Notes under the pieces: generated by a model
The model's input: only the letters and a program-made list of their open reading frames with translations
Database searches by the model: none
What the model was told of the DNA's origin: nothing
Part shown: piece by piece, positions 38,323-47,180 of the stretch
Layout: each line of letters starts with the position of its first letter
How positions within the stretch are numbered: position 1 is the first letter of the stretch
Assembly: GCA_031431355.1 (NCBI GenBank)
Contig: JANPDF010000089.1
Coordinates: 1,490 to 65,489, forward strand
Direction of reading: 5' to 3'
DNA: 64,000 nt
Source: Gammaproteobacteria bacterium
GTDB taxonomy: Bacteria > Pseudomonadota > Gammaproteobacteria > Xanthomonadales > Xanthomonadaceae
Program-made: the position numbers and the translations under genes

Positions 38323-39282
38323 CTATTTGGCCTTGCGCGGTCGCTTTGAGCGCGGGCTGGCAAGCTGGACTGGTTCGGCCGGCGCCTGCAGCAGGCCCGG
38401 TGGCAGGTCGCGCAGCACAACGGCCAGCTCGCGCAGGAATGTAGCCATCGCCGAACTCCTGCGCCACGCCATCGCCACGCGGCGCGCGGGCGGTGGGTCG
38501 CGGAACCGGCGCAGGGAAATGCTCGAGGACGGTGGCACGGGCGGCTTTACCGCGAGCATCGGCAACAGCGTGATGCCGACGCCGGCGGCCACCATCTGGC
38601 GCAGGGTTTCCAGGCTGGTCGCGCGGAAGCCCTCTTTCTCGCCGGCCCCAGCCAGCGAGCACACCTCGAGCGCCTGGTCGCGCAGGCAATGCCCGTCTTC
38701 CAGCAAGAGCAAATGCTGGTCGGCGAGTTCCGAGAGGATCAAGTTGCGATGGCTTGCCAGCGGATGGCTATCGGGGACCGCGAGCATGAAAGGCTCCTCG
38801 AACAGGAACTCCGTCTCCAGCCAATCCTCGTGCAGGGGCAGGGCGAGGACGGCGGCGTCGAGGCGTCCGGCGCGCAGCATGCCCAGCAGTGCTTCGGTTT
38901 TCTCCTCCACCAGCAGCAGTTCAAGCCGGGGGAAGCGTGCTCGAATCCGCGGAACCACGTGTGGCAGGAGATACGGCCCAAGGGTGGGAAAAATGCCCAG
39001 GCGAACACTGCCTGCTTCGGGATCCGTGGTACGTCGGGCTGTTTCCCGCATTTGCTCAACGTCGGCAAGAACGCGACGCGCCCTTTCCACGATGTCCACG
39101 CCGACCGGCGTGAGCATGACGTGGCGCGGAGCCCGTTCCACCAGCGCCACGCCGAGTTCCTCCTCGAGCTTGCGCACTTGTGTCGACAGCGTTGGCTGGC
39201 TGACGTGGCAGGCCTGGGCCGCGCGACCGAAGTGGCGGAATTCGGCGAGAGCCACCAGATAGCGCAGGTCGCGGAGGTTCAT
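38323..39282 (-). CDS. oxyR: LysR-family peroxide sensor/regulator OxyR
   Basis: 'MNLRDLRYLVALAEFRHFGRAAQACHVSQPTLS' closely parallels E. coli OxyR. The redox Cys pair context 'GHCLRDQALEVC' is conserved. Confidence 0.9.
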   Translation of the reverse strand: MNLRDLRYLVALAEFRHFGRAAQACHVSQPTLSTQVRKLEEELGVALVERAPRHVMLTPVGVDIVERARRVLADVEQMRETARRTTDPEAGSVRLGIFPTLGPYLLPHVVPRIRARFPRLELLLVEEKTEALLGMLRAGRLDAAVLALPLHEDWLETEFLFEEPFMLAVPDSHPLASHRNLILSELADQHLLLLEDGHCLRDQALEVCSLAGAGEKEGFRATSLETLRQMVAAGVGITLLPMLAVKPPVPPSSSISLRRFRDPPPARRVAMAWRRSSAMATFLRELAVVLRDLPPGLLQAPAEPVQLASPRSKRPRKAK

Positions 39283-39286
39283 TTCA

Positions 39287-39323
39287 ATAGTATATAGCTA
39301 TCAGGATCATACGAATAATTGAT
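39287..39323. promoter_or_regulatory. Candidate OxyR operator (ATAG-N7-CTAT-N7-ATAC-N7-TGAT) in an AT-rich island
   Basis: The sequence 'ATAGtatatagCTATcaggatcATACgaataatTGAT' matches the spacing of the textbook OxyR tetrad ATAG-N7-CTAT-N7-ATAG-N7-CTAT. It begins 5 nt upstream of the oxyR ATG. Confidence 0.45.
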
Positions 39324-39506
39324 CATATGTATGATTCGCGAGCCATCAAACTGTCGCCCGAAGGCCGCATTGAACCGGACCCTGCTCGCCCCTATCATCG
39401 CTCGGAATCCGCATGAAGTCGCCATGTTCGCCAGACGAAGTCCGAACGAAGCAAGCTCCGCACAGTCTTCCAACTCGCTCTGTGTTTCGCCGGGGACAAT
39501 CCGAGC

Positions 39507-40349
39507 GTGAGCGGGAGCGACGTCGCAGCGCTGCTGGCGAAGGCCACGGGATCACTGGCTGGCGATGAGGCGCGCCTGGAGGCCGAACTTCTGCTGGCCC
39601 ATGTCTTGGGCAAGCCCCGGTCCTGGCTCTATGCCCATGCTGACCGGGTGGTGGAAGTAAACCAGGCACGCGCGTTCGAGTTGCTGTTGGGCCGTCGCTG
39701 CGGCGGCGAGCCGGTCGCGCACATCCTTGGCAGCCGGGAATTCTGGTCGCTCGAACTGGTGGTGACGCCAGACACCTTGATTCCGCGCCCCGAAACGGAA
39801 CTGCTGGTGGAACTTGCCTTGCTGCGCTTGCCGTCCGCTGGCGTCCCCCGCGTGCTCGACCTGGGCACCGGCTCCGGGGCGATCGCGCTGGCGCTCGCCC
39901 ATGAGCGGCCACTGGCTCGAGTCACCGCGGTGGATGCGGAAGCTAGGGCGCTTGAAGTTGCCCGCAAGAATGCTGCGAGGCTCGGGCTGGGTCGAATCCG
40001 CTTCCTGCACTCGAACTGGTTTTCGGCAATTCGCGATGAAAGCTTCGATGTCATCGTCGGCAATCCGCCTTACATCGCCGATGACGATCCCCATCTGTTG
40101 ACGGGCGACCTGCGCGCCGAGCCGCGATCGGCACTGGCTTCCGGTCCCGACGGCTTGCGCGCGCTCGCGATCATTGCCGCCAGCGCACCGGCGCACGTGG
40201 CGCCGGATGGCTGGCTGCTACTCGAGCACGGCTACCAGCAGGCAGCCGCGGTGCGTGCGCTGCTGGGCGCGGCTGGATTCACCGCCGTCGAAACTTTTCG
40301 GGACCTCGAAGGACGCGATCGCGTTAGCGGTGGCCGGTTAGCCGGCTAG
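39507..40349 (+). CDS. prmC: Release-factor glutamine N5-methyltransferase PrmC (HemK)
   Basis: GTG start. 'EPVAHILG.REFW', SAM motif 'VLDLGTGSGAIAL', catalytic 'GNPPY'. Confidence 0.9.
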   Translation: MSGSDVAALLAKATGSLAGDEARLEAELLLAHVLGKPRSWLYAHADRVVEVNQARAFELLLGRRCGGEPVAHILGSREFWSLELVVTPDTLIPRPETELLVELALLRLPSAGVPRVLDLGTGSGAIALALAHERPLARVTAVDAEARALEVARKNAARLGLGRIRFLHSNWFSAIRDESFDVIVGNPPYIADDDPHLLTGDLRAEPRSALASGPDGLRALAIIAASAPAHVAPDGWLLLEHGYQQAAAVRALLGAAGFTAVETFRDLEGRDRVSGGRLAG

Positions 40350-40358
40350 CCGGCTAGC
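40333..40358. repeat. Tandem 8-mer (GCCGGYTA)x3 spanning the prmC stop codon
   Basis: The sequence 'GCCGGTTA GCCGGCTA GCCGGCTA GC' was read directly. It contains the nested palindrome TAGCCGGCTA. Confidence 0.7.
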
Positions 40359-40368
40359 TGCCTGTACG

Positions 40369-40848
40369 TCAGCGGATCGGAATTTCGATGCCAACGCCTG
40401 GCTTGCCGGCAATGTCGAACTTGATGCGGCGTCCATTGGGATCGTCCCACAACTTCCTGGATACCGAGTCGCACATCCGACGATAGCCGCGCGCGAGGTT
40501 CTTGATAGCGGGACCTCGACGCTCGAAGCGGAACTCCACGGCCGCCTGGCGAGAGCTCGCGCGCACGGGCTCGCGCTCGGAGTCCGCCGTAAACAGGACG
40601 CTTTGCAGGGCGCGGATCGGCAAGCTCGGTTCCGCTGGCAGCGCTCGCACTGGGTTCGCATCCGGGCGCGACAAAGGGATTTCGCGGTTCGGCCGCGCTT
40701 GCCAGTCGCCGCGATGCGCGAGCCCCGTCGCTGGCATCGCCAAGTCCAGGCGGAGCGACTGCCCGACAGCGGAGGCACCTTTCGCCGGGGCAACCAGCAT
40801 CAGTGATCCGATCAAGGACAATCCGATAATGGCGCAACGAAGGGTCAT
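40369..40848 (-). CDS. Exported protein of unknown function
   Basis: 159 aa with signal peptide 'MTLRCAIIGLSLIGSLMLVAPAKG'. GC-rich third codon positions support this frame over two overlapping open frames. Confidence 0.5.
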   Translation of the reverse strand: MTLRCAIIGLSLIGSLMLVAPAKGASAVGQSLRLDLAMPATGLAHRGDWQARPNREIPLSRPDANPVRALPAEPSLPIRALQSVLFTADSEREPVRASSRQAAVEFRFERRGPAIKNLARGYRRMCDSVSRKLWDDPNGRRIKFDIAGKPGVGIEIPIR

Positions 40849-40973
40849 GGGACACCTGGCGACAGAGTCTGCGTCTGGAACACGCTTCAGTTGCATTGGA
40901 GCGCATGCCAATCAAACAAACAAGGTGAATTGGCTGAACGAAGCGTCGCCCGCGCGGCCAAGCGGGCAAGCAT

Positions 40974-42878
40974 TCAGCTTGCCGCGCTTCGCACCCTCGG
41001 GACGGCGATCGTCGGCCAGCGCTTTACGATGGCGGCGCGGATGCCAGCGGGGTCCAACCCCGCCTGTGCGAGCAGGTCCTCGCGACTTGCGTGGTCGAGG
41101 TAGGCATCGGGCAGGCCCAGGTGCAGGACCGGCCTCTCGACCATTTCGGCGGCGAGCAATTCGGCCACCGCACTGCCGGCGCCACCCATCAGCGCGTTGT
41201 CCTCGAGGGTGACCAAGCCGTCGTGGGAGCGCGCCAGCTCCAGCACCATGTCCCTGTCCAGAGGCTTGATGAAGCGCATGTTGACGCAGGTCAGGCCCAG
41301 CTCGGCAGCCACCGTTTCCGCAGCCGGTACCAGGGCGCCGAAAGCGAGCAGTGCAAGCCGGCTGCCCCGCTGGCGGAGTTGTGCCTTGCCCACCGGCAGC
41401 ACCTCAAGTCCGTCTTGTACCGGGACGCCGGGGCCGCTGCCGCGCGGATAGCGAACGGCCGCCGGACCGGGATGGCGGAAGCCGGTGCTGAGCATCTGCC
41501 GGCATTCGTTTTCATCCGCCGGCGCCATGACCAGCATGTTCGGGATGCAGCGCAGGTAGCTCAGGTCAAAGCTGCCCGCATGGGTAGCGCCATCGGGTCC
41601 GACCACGCCGCCGCGGTCGATCGCAAACAACACGTCCAGGTCCTGCAGGGCGACGTCGTGGATGAGCTGGTCGTAGGCGCGTTGCAGGAACGTCGAGTAG
41701 ATCGCGACCACCGGTTTCGCCCCCTCGCAGGCCATACCCGCTGCCAGCGTGACTGCATGTTGCTCGGCGATGGCGGTATCGAAATAGCGCGCCGGGAATT
41801 CCCTCGAGAAGCGCACCAGCCCGGAGCCCTCGCGCATGGCCGGGGTGATGCCCATCAGGGTCTCGTCGGTTGCCGCCATATCGCAAAGCCAGTCGCCGAA
41901 TACCTGGGTGTAGCTCGGCTTGGACGGGGCGGCCTTCTTGACCACGCCGACGCTCGGATCGAACGGCGACACCGCGTGGTATTCGATCTGGTCATCTTCG
42001 GCGAGGTCAAAACCCTTGCCCTTGGTGGTGATGACATGGAGCAGCTGCGGGCCCTTGAGTCCCTTCAGCGTCTTCAGTGCTTTCAGCAAGTCCGGCAGGT
42101 TGTGGCCGTCGATCGGGCCGCTGTAGTGGAAGCCCATTTCCTCGAACAGCGTGGACGGCACGATCATGCCCTTCCAGTGTTCCTCCCAGCGGCGGACGAA
42201 GCGGGCTGCCGGATTGTTGCGCTTGTCGCCGAGCAATTTCTTGCCGCTTTCGCGCACGGCATTCATGGTCGGACTGCTCATCATCCGGCCCAGCATCTTG
42301 GTCAGGCCGCCGACGTTCTCGGAGATCGACATCCGGTTGTCGTTGAGGATCACCAGCAGGTTGGGCTCGGGATCCATGCCGCCGGCGTGGTTGAGTGCTT
42401 CGAATGCCATGCCGGCGGTCATTGCGCCGTCGCCGATGACCGCCACCACCTTGCGCGGGTCATGCCTGCGTTGAAGCGCGACTGCCATGCCCAGCGCCGC
42501 AGAGATCGACGTCGAGGAATGGCCGACACCGAAGGTGTCGTATTCGCTCTCCTCGCGACGCGGGAACGGGGCGACGCCGTCTTTGCGCTTGACCGTGTGG
42601 ATTGTGTCGCGACGGCCGGTCAGGATCTTGTGCGGATAGCACTGGTGTCCGACGTCCCAGACCAGGCGATCAACCGGCGTGTCGTAGGTATAGTGCAACG
42701 CCACGGTGAGTTCGATGACGCCCAGGCCGGCGCCGAAGTGGCCGCCGACCTGGCTCACGGTTTCCACCAGGTAGGCGCGCAACTCTTCCGCAAGCGCTGG
42801 CAGCTCCGATTCCGGAAACTGCCTCAGGTCTTCAGGCAAGGCAACGCGGGAAAGGCGGGGGTAACGCAGTGCGTCCAT
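40974..42878 (-). CDS. dxs: 1-deoxy-D-xylulose-5-phosphate synthase Dxs
   Basis: 634 aa. '[13 protein letters not shown]', TPP motif '[12 protein letters not shown]', '[15 protein letters not shown]'. Confidence 0.97.
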   Translation of the reverse strand: MDALRYPRLSRVALPEDLRQFPESELPALAEELRAYLVETVSQVGGHFGAGLGVIELTVALHYTYDTPVDRLVWDVGHQCYPHKILTGRRDTIHTVKRKDGVAPFPRREESEYDTFGVGHSSTSISAALGMAVALQRRHDPRKVVAVIGDGAMTAGMAFEALNHAGGMDPEPNLLVILNDNRMSISENVGGLTKMLGRMMSSPTMNAVRESGKKLLGDKRNNPAARFVRRWEEHWKGMIVPSTLFEEMGFHYSGPIDGHNLPDLLKALKTLKGLKGPQLLHVITTKGKGFDLAEDDQIEYHAVSPFDPSVGVVKKAAPSKPSYTQVFGDWLCDMAATDETLMGITPAMREGSGLVRFSREFPARYFDTAIAEQHAVTLAAGMACEGAKPVVAIYSTFLQRAYDQLIHDVALQDLDVLFAIDRGGVVGPDGATHAGSFDLSYLRCIPNMLVMAPADENECRQMLSTGFRHPGPAAVRYPRGSGPGVPVQDGLEVLPVGKAQLRQRGSRLALLAFGALVPAAETVAAELGLTCVNMRFIKPLDRDMVLELARSHDGLVTLEDNALMGGAGSAVAELLAAEMVERPVLHLGLPDAYLDHASREDLLAQAGLDPAGIRAAIVKRWPTIAVPRVRSAAS

Positions 42879-42882
42879 CGGC

Positions 42883-43923
42883 TCAGGCTGGGCGCGGCTT
42901 GGCAAGCAGCGCCACGGCGCGCGGAACATCGCCGGCGGCGCTCGGGCTGCCTTCGAGCACGACCGATCCGGTCAGAAGGCCGGCATTGACGAAGTCGATC
43001 ACTTCCGACTCGGTCACGCCTGACGCCTCAGCGATCTCGCGGACGAAGGCCGGGCCTTTCATCATTACCGTCGCCAGGCGGAAGTGCTTGGGGTATTCGC
43101 GCTCGATCTGCGGCCACTTGGTCAGTACGAACTTGCGCGCGGGACTGTATCCGGGAAGCAGGTGGCCATTGCCGACGGTCAGCCCGGACAGCCATAGCAA
43201 TCGCATGTACGGTTGGGCCCCGCCGGCGCCGGCCATGATGCGCTCGAATTCGGCCTGGTCGATCGCTTCGAAATCGGATTCGCGGATGACCGCGTTGATG
43301 TAAGGCAGCAAGGGCTTGAGCGTGGCCGAGCCGGCATAGGTCTGTGTCGCAGGGTCGAAGGCAAGGACCGGCGCGCCAGCCACATGCAGCCGGGCCGTGC
43401 CGCGCAGGAAACTGCCGGCCATATAGTCAGATACGCGCGGCTCATGCGCGACCACCGGTTGCATCGCCGCCATCTGCCCGGTAGTGACCGCTGCGATGTA
43501 ATCGGCGGAAGGATTGGCCCGGGCCGGCTCTTGCGGTTCCGGCGCCGCCTGCGGCGGGGCCGGCTCCCCGGCTGGGGCCGCTGCCGCAGGAATGGCCACG
43601 GTCACGGCGATCGGCGTATGTGCCTCCAACCGCGCGAGTAGGTTCTTCAACGAGGCGACCGAGGTCGGACGCTTGAGCAGCAGGTCGGTTTCCGAACGGT
43701 CACCGGCGGTGAGGCCCACGGTGGTCTTGCCGCTGTCGCGCGCCTTCAGCCAGGTCATGTGTCCGTACATCGAGTCCATATCGATGACCAGCACCCGCGC
43801 TTCAGCCTCGGACGCCTGCACCCACCGATTGCCGGTTTCCCCGTTTGCCTGATCGAATTGCTGCTGGATCTGGGCGATCTCGTCGCGGGAAAAACCTGAA
43901 AAGCACATTGTGGCGCTGGCCAT
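42883..43923 (-). CDS. Hypothetical protein (N-terminal receiver-like region, P/A-rich linker, conserved-looking C-terminal domain)
   Basis: 346 aa. Its stop lies 4 nt before the dxs start. I recognise no catalytic motif. The composition looks coding rather than like the Arg/Gly/Pro-rich shadow ORFs. Confidence 0.6.
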   Translation of the reverse strand: MASATMCFSGFSRDEIAQIQQQFDQANGETGNRWVQASEAEARVLVIDMDSMYGHMTWLKARDSGKTTVGLTAGDRSETDLLLKRPTSVASLKNLLARLEAHTPIAVTVAIPAAAAPAGEPAPPQAAPEPQEPARANPSADYIAAVTTGQMAAMQPVVAHEPRVSDYMAGSFLRGTARLHVAGAPVLAFDPATQTYAGSATLKPLLPYINAVIRESDFEAIDQAEFERIMAGAGGAQPYMRLLWLSGLTVGNGHLLPGYSPARKFVLTKWPQIEREYPKHFRLATVMMKGPAFVREIAEASGVTESEVIDFVNAGLLTGSVVLEGSPSAAGDVPRAVALLAKPRPA

Positions 43924-44021
43924 CTGGGCAACTCTCCGTGGACACCGCCGTGCGGCGCGTGAATCCCGCAAGTGTGCTGGCCGGGGCCGATGCCGTCAAC
44001 GCGGAGGCCGCTGCGGAGCGC

Positions 44022-44582
44022 TCAGGCCTGGGGTCGAGCGCGCTTCGGCAGATGATGCTTCAGGAAGGCCATCTGGTCGGCCAGGATGTGCCGGTTCGAC
44101 AGGATCAGGTGTTCGACCCAACTCGGTCGAAACGGCACCGCCAGCAAGGGCATGCCTGCCTGCTGCGGCGTCCGGCCGCCCTTGCGCGAGTTGCAGTGGA
44201 AACAGGCGCAAACCACGTTTTCCCAAGTGTCGCGGCCGCCCTTGGAGATGGGCATCACGTGGTCACGGGTCAGCGAGTGCCGGCCATACTCCTTGCCGCA
44301 GTACATGCACAGCGAGCCGTCGCGCGCGAAGAGTGCCGTATTGGTCAGGGCCGGCGAAGGATCCAGGGAGCGCGGGTGCGCGTGGCCTCGTGCCGCCACG
44401 ATCGGGTGCAGGTCGATCACGCTTTGCAGGCCTGAGTGCCGATTGGTGCCGCCATGCACGGTCAGGCAGGGTTCGCCCATGGTCCAGGCGACGGCGCCCC
44501 GGACGTAGAGGCAGACCGCGTCCTGCCAGTGCATCCAGTCCAGGATGCGGCCGTGGGCATCGAGCGAGAGCACGCGCGGCAT
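44022..44582 (-). CDS. HNH endonuclease
   Basis: 186 aa with 'CMYCGKEYG...LTRDHVMPISKGG..TWENVVCACFHCNSRKG' (CxxC...DH...N...CxxC HNH zinc-finger core). A longer start at 44672 is possible. Confidence 0.8.
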   Translation of the reverse strand: MPRVLSLDAHGRILDWMHWQDAVCLYVRGAVAWTMGEPCLTVHGGTNRHSGLQSVIDLHPIVAARGHAHPRSLDPSPALTNTALFARDGSLCMYCGKEYGRHSLTRDHVMPISKGGRDTWENVVCACFHCNSRKGGRTPQQAGMPLLAVPFRPSWVEHLILSNRHILADQMAFLKHHLPKRARPQA

Positions 44583-44749
44583 CGACGAATCATTGGCGGA
44601 CAGCCGACCCGCCAGGGGGGCGTGAGTCCCGGCACCCACCAGCGCCAGACGCGGCATGGGCTTGTTCACCATCCGAGCATAACCGATGCGTGTGACAGTG
44701 CAAGGCGGCGGGCGAGCTAGAATCGGCCTTGACCCCCGGAGCGATAACG

Positions 44750-45691
44750 ATGCGAGAGCTGTATCCCGAGATCGAGGCATACGAAACTGGATTCCTGCAG
44801 GTCGATGGCCGCCATACGCTGTATTTCGAGCAGTGCGGCAACCCGCAGGGGAAGCCGGTCGTGATCCTGCATGGCGGTCCGGGCGCGGGTTGCAGCGCCA
44901 AGATGCGTCGTTTCCACGATCCGGCCCATTACCGGGTAATCCTGTTCGACCAGCGTGGATCCGGACGCTCGACGCCGCATGCCGATCTCGTGGACAACAC
45001 CACCTGGGACCTGGTGGCCGATATCGAAAGGCTGCGCGAACACCTGGGCATCGAGCGCTGGCAAGTGTTCGGCGGCAGCTGGGGAGCAACGCTCTCGCTG
45101 GCCTACGCCGAAGCCCATCCGCGCCGGGTAAGCGAATTGGTGCTGCGCGGCATCTTCATGCTGCGTCGCTGGGAACTGGAATGGTTCTACCAGGAAGGCG
45201 CCAACCGCCTGTTTCCTGACGCCTGGGAGAATTACCTGGAGGCGATCCCGGAAGTCGAGCGCGGCGACCTGATCTCCGCTTACAACCGCAGGCTGACCTC
45301 CGAGGACGAAGCAACCCGGCTCGCTGCCGCGCGCGCGTGGTCGGTGTGGGAAGCGTCGACCAGCCTGCTGCACGCGGACGAGGCGTTCATCGATGCCCAC
45401 AAGGATGCCCACTTCGCGCTCAGTTTCGCCCGCATCGAGAGCCACTACTTCGTCCATGGAGGGTTTTTCGACGTCGAGTCCCAGCTGCTGCGCGACGCCC
45501 ATCGCCTGCACGGCATTCCCGGGGTGATCGTGCACGGCCGCTACGACGTGGTCTGTCCACTTGCCAATGCCTGGGACCTGCACAAGGCATGGCCGGAATC
45601 GAAGCTGGTGGTGTCACCGAGTTCGGGCCATTCGGCGTTCGAGCCGGAGAACGCCGCCGCGCTGGTCGAAGCGACGGACGCTTTTCGCTAG
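44750..45691 (+). CDS. pip: Prolyl aminopeptidase (proline iminopeptidase) Pip
   Basis: 'LHGGPGAG', nucleophile elbow 'GGSWGATL', 'GRYD' and 'SGHSA'. Confidence 0.92.
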   Translation: MRELYPEIEAYETGFLQVDGRHTLYFEQCGNPQGKPVVILHGGPGAGCSAKMRRFHDPAHYRVILFDQRGSGRSTPHADLVDNTTWDLVADIERLREHLGIERWQVFGGSWGATLSLAYAEAHPRRVSELVLRGIFMLRRWELEWFYQEGANRLFPDAWENYLEAIPEVERGDLISAYNRRLTSEDEATRLAAARAWSVWEASTSLLHADEAFIDAHKDAHFALSFARIESHYFVHGGFFDVESQLLRDAHRLHGIPGVIVHGRYDVVCPLANAWDLHKAWPESKLVVSPSSGHSAFEPENAAALVEATDAFR

Positions 45692-46281
45692 CGAGGCTCG
45701 CCTTGAGCGGGGGTCGCGGCGGTCACGACCCCAATAGCCGTGACGGCCGGCGTGCCGTCCGGATTGCGATCCAGTAGCCAGAGTCCTGCCCAGAGCTTCG
45801 CGTCGATCGCGTACCCCTCGGCCATCCGCTCGACCAGCCAGCGCGGCACCTCGGCGACCGGCACTTCGTGGACCAGGATCGCCTCGCTTTCGTCGCCGCC
45901 GCCAGCATGGACGCGCGTCAACCCGCTGGCGCGAACGAAGGCGACCCGCTCGTTGCTCATCCCCGAACTGGTCGGCCCCGCCATCAGGAACTCGACGCGG
46001 TCCGCCTGCCAGCCGGTCTCCTCAAGCAACTCGCGCGCTGCCGCCAGTTCAATGCTTTCGCCCGCGTCAACGTCGCCAATCAGTCCGGCCGGCATCTCGA
46101 TGGTCGGGGCATCCAGCGCGGCACGGTGTTGCTCCACGAACAGCAGTCGCGCGTCGGGCGTGGCAGCGACGATGATGACCGCCATGCCGCCCGGGTTGGT
46201 GCGCTCGACGAATTCCCATCGGCCGCGCTTTTTCATGCGCAGCCATTTCCCTTCGTAGACCGTCTGCGCTGGTTCCATCAT
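45688..46281 (-). CDS. Nudix hydrolase (ADP-ribose pyrophosphatase-like)
   Basis: Nudix box 'GLIGDVDAGESIELAAARELLEETGW'. ATGA overlap with the exonuclease gene. The stop overlaps the pip stop. Confidence 0.85.
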   Translation of the reverse strand: MMEPAQTVYEGKWLRMKKRGRWEFVERTNPGGMAVIIVAATPDARLLFVEQHRAALDAPTIEMPAGLIGDVDAGESIELAAARELLEETGWQADRVEFLMAGPTSSGMSNERVAFVRASGLTRVHAGGGDESEAILVHEVPVAEVPRWLVERMAEGYAIDAKLWAGLWLLDRNPDGTPAVTAIGVVTAATPAQGEPR

Positions 46282-47180
46282 GCCGGCGACTCGGCCGCGA
46301 GCGCCGTCTGCAGCCGGCGGCGGGTCAGGGGGCCGAAGCGCAACTGTTCGACCAATGCATCGAGCGAGCTGGTGTCCACGCTCCGGCGCTCGCCGCAGCC
46401 CAGGTCTGCGGGTAGCGGCGCATCACAGGCGATCGTGGCCAGGCGCCGGGACAACAGGGCCAGCTCTCGATGCGCCTGCAGGCGGCTGGCGTGCTGCGCT
46501 CCGCCGCGCAGCCTGAGGAACGGTACTTCCGCGAGCCTTTCGAGCAGGCCATCGAGCGAGCCGAAATGCTCGAGAAGGCTGGCCGCGGTCTTGGCGCCGA
46601 TTCCCGGGACGCCGGGGATATTGTCGATCGCGTCCCCAGTGAGACCCAGGTAGTCGGCAATCTGGTGCGCATGCACGCCATAGCGCTGCTTGACCCCATC
46701 CATGCCCCAACGCTCGTTGCGCGCGTAGTCCCACTGGGTGTCGCCTTCGCCCAGCAACTGGGCAAGGTCCTTGTCCGCCGACAGGATCAGTCCGCGGTGG
46801 CCGAGGTCGCGCACGTGCGCCAGGGCGCTGCCGATCAGGTCGTCGGCTTCGTAATGTTCGTGGCTTAGCACCACGAATCCGAGCGCCCGGCAAATCTTCT
46901 GGCAGTAGGCGAATTGTCGCTTCAGCTGCTCGGGCGCCGGCTCGCGATTGGCCTTGTAGGCTGGATAGATGGCGTTGCGGAAGTTGCTGTCCAGGGCCGC
47001 GTCGAAGGCAAACACCATGCGTAGCGGGCGATGCCGCTCCAGCAGTTCCAGCACGAAGCGGGTGAAGCCATGCACTGCATTCACCGGCCAGTCGTCCGCG
47101 TCGCGGAACTCGTCCGGCATCGAATGCCAGGCGCGAAAGACGTACATGCTCGAATCCACCAGGTAGACAGGCTGGTTCAC
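46278..47180 (-). CDS. 5'-3' exonuclease / flap endonuclease (ExoIX/Xni-like)
   Basis: PIN-like N-domain 'VYLVDSSMYVFRAWH', 'YKANR', and H3TH 'DNIPGVPGIGAKTA'. The GTG start at 47180 overlaps the nitroreductase stop (GTGA). Confidence 0.85.
   Translation of the reverse strand: MNQPVYLVDSSMYVFRAWHSMPDEFRDADDWPVNAVHGFTRFVLELLERHRPLRMVFAFDAALDSNFRNAIYPAYKANREPAPEQLKRQFAYCQKICRALGFVVLSHEHYEADDLIGSALAHVRDLGHRGLILSADKDLAQLLGEGDTQWDYARNERWGMDGVKQRYGVHAHQIADYLGLTGDAIDNIPGVPGIGAKTAASLLEHFGSLDGLLERLAEVPFLRLRGGAQHASRLQAHRELALLSRRLATIACDAPLPADLGCGERRSVDTSSLDALVEQLRFGPLTRRRLQTALAAESPA

Noticed and set aside
39319-39510. 63-aa ORF in the oxyR-prmC intergenic region.
   Set aside because: It has no SD, an odd composition, and starts inside the AT-rich operator region. 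It is more likely the promoter or 5'-UTR of prmC.
40333-40358. Whether the short tandem repeats here, or GGAAGCAA x2 at 56213-56228, could be a CRISPR or mobile-element end.
   Set aside because: The units are 8 bp with no spacers. No cas genes, transposase or target-site duplication are present. They are just micro-repeats.
40948-40967. Hairpin GCCCGC-N8-GCGGGC downstream of dxs as a terminator.
   Set aside because: The stem is short and no adjacent U-tract is present on the minus strand. It is too weak to call.
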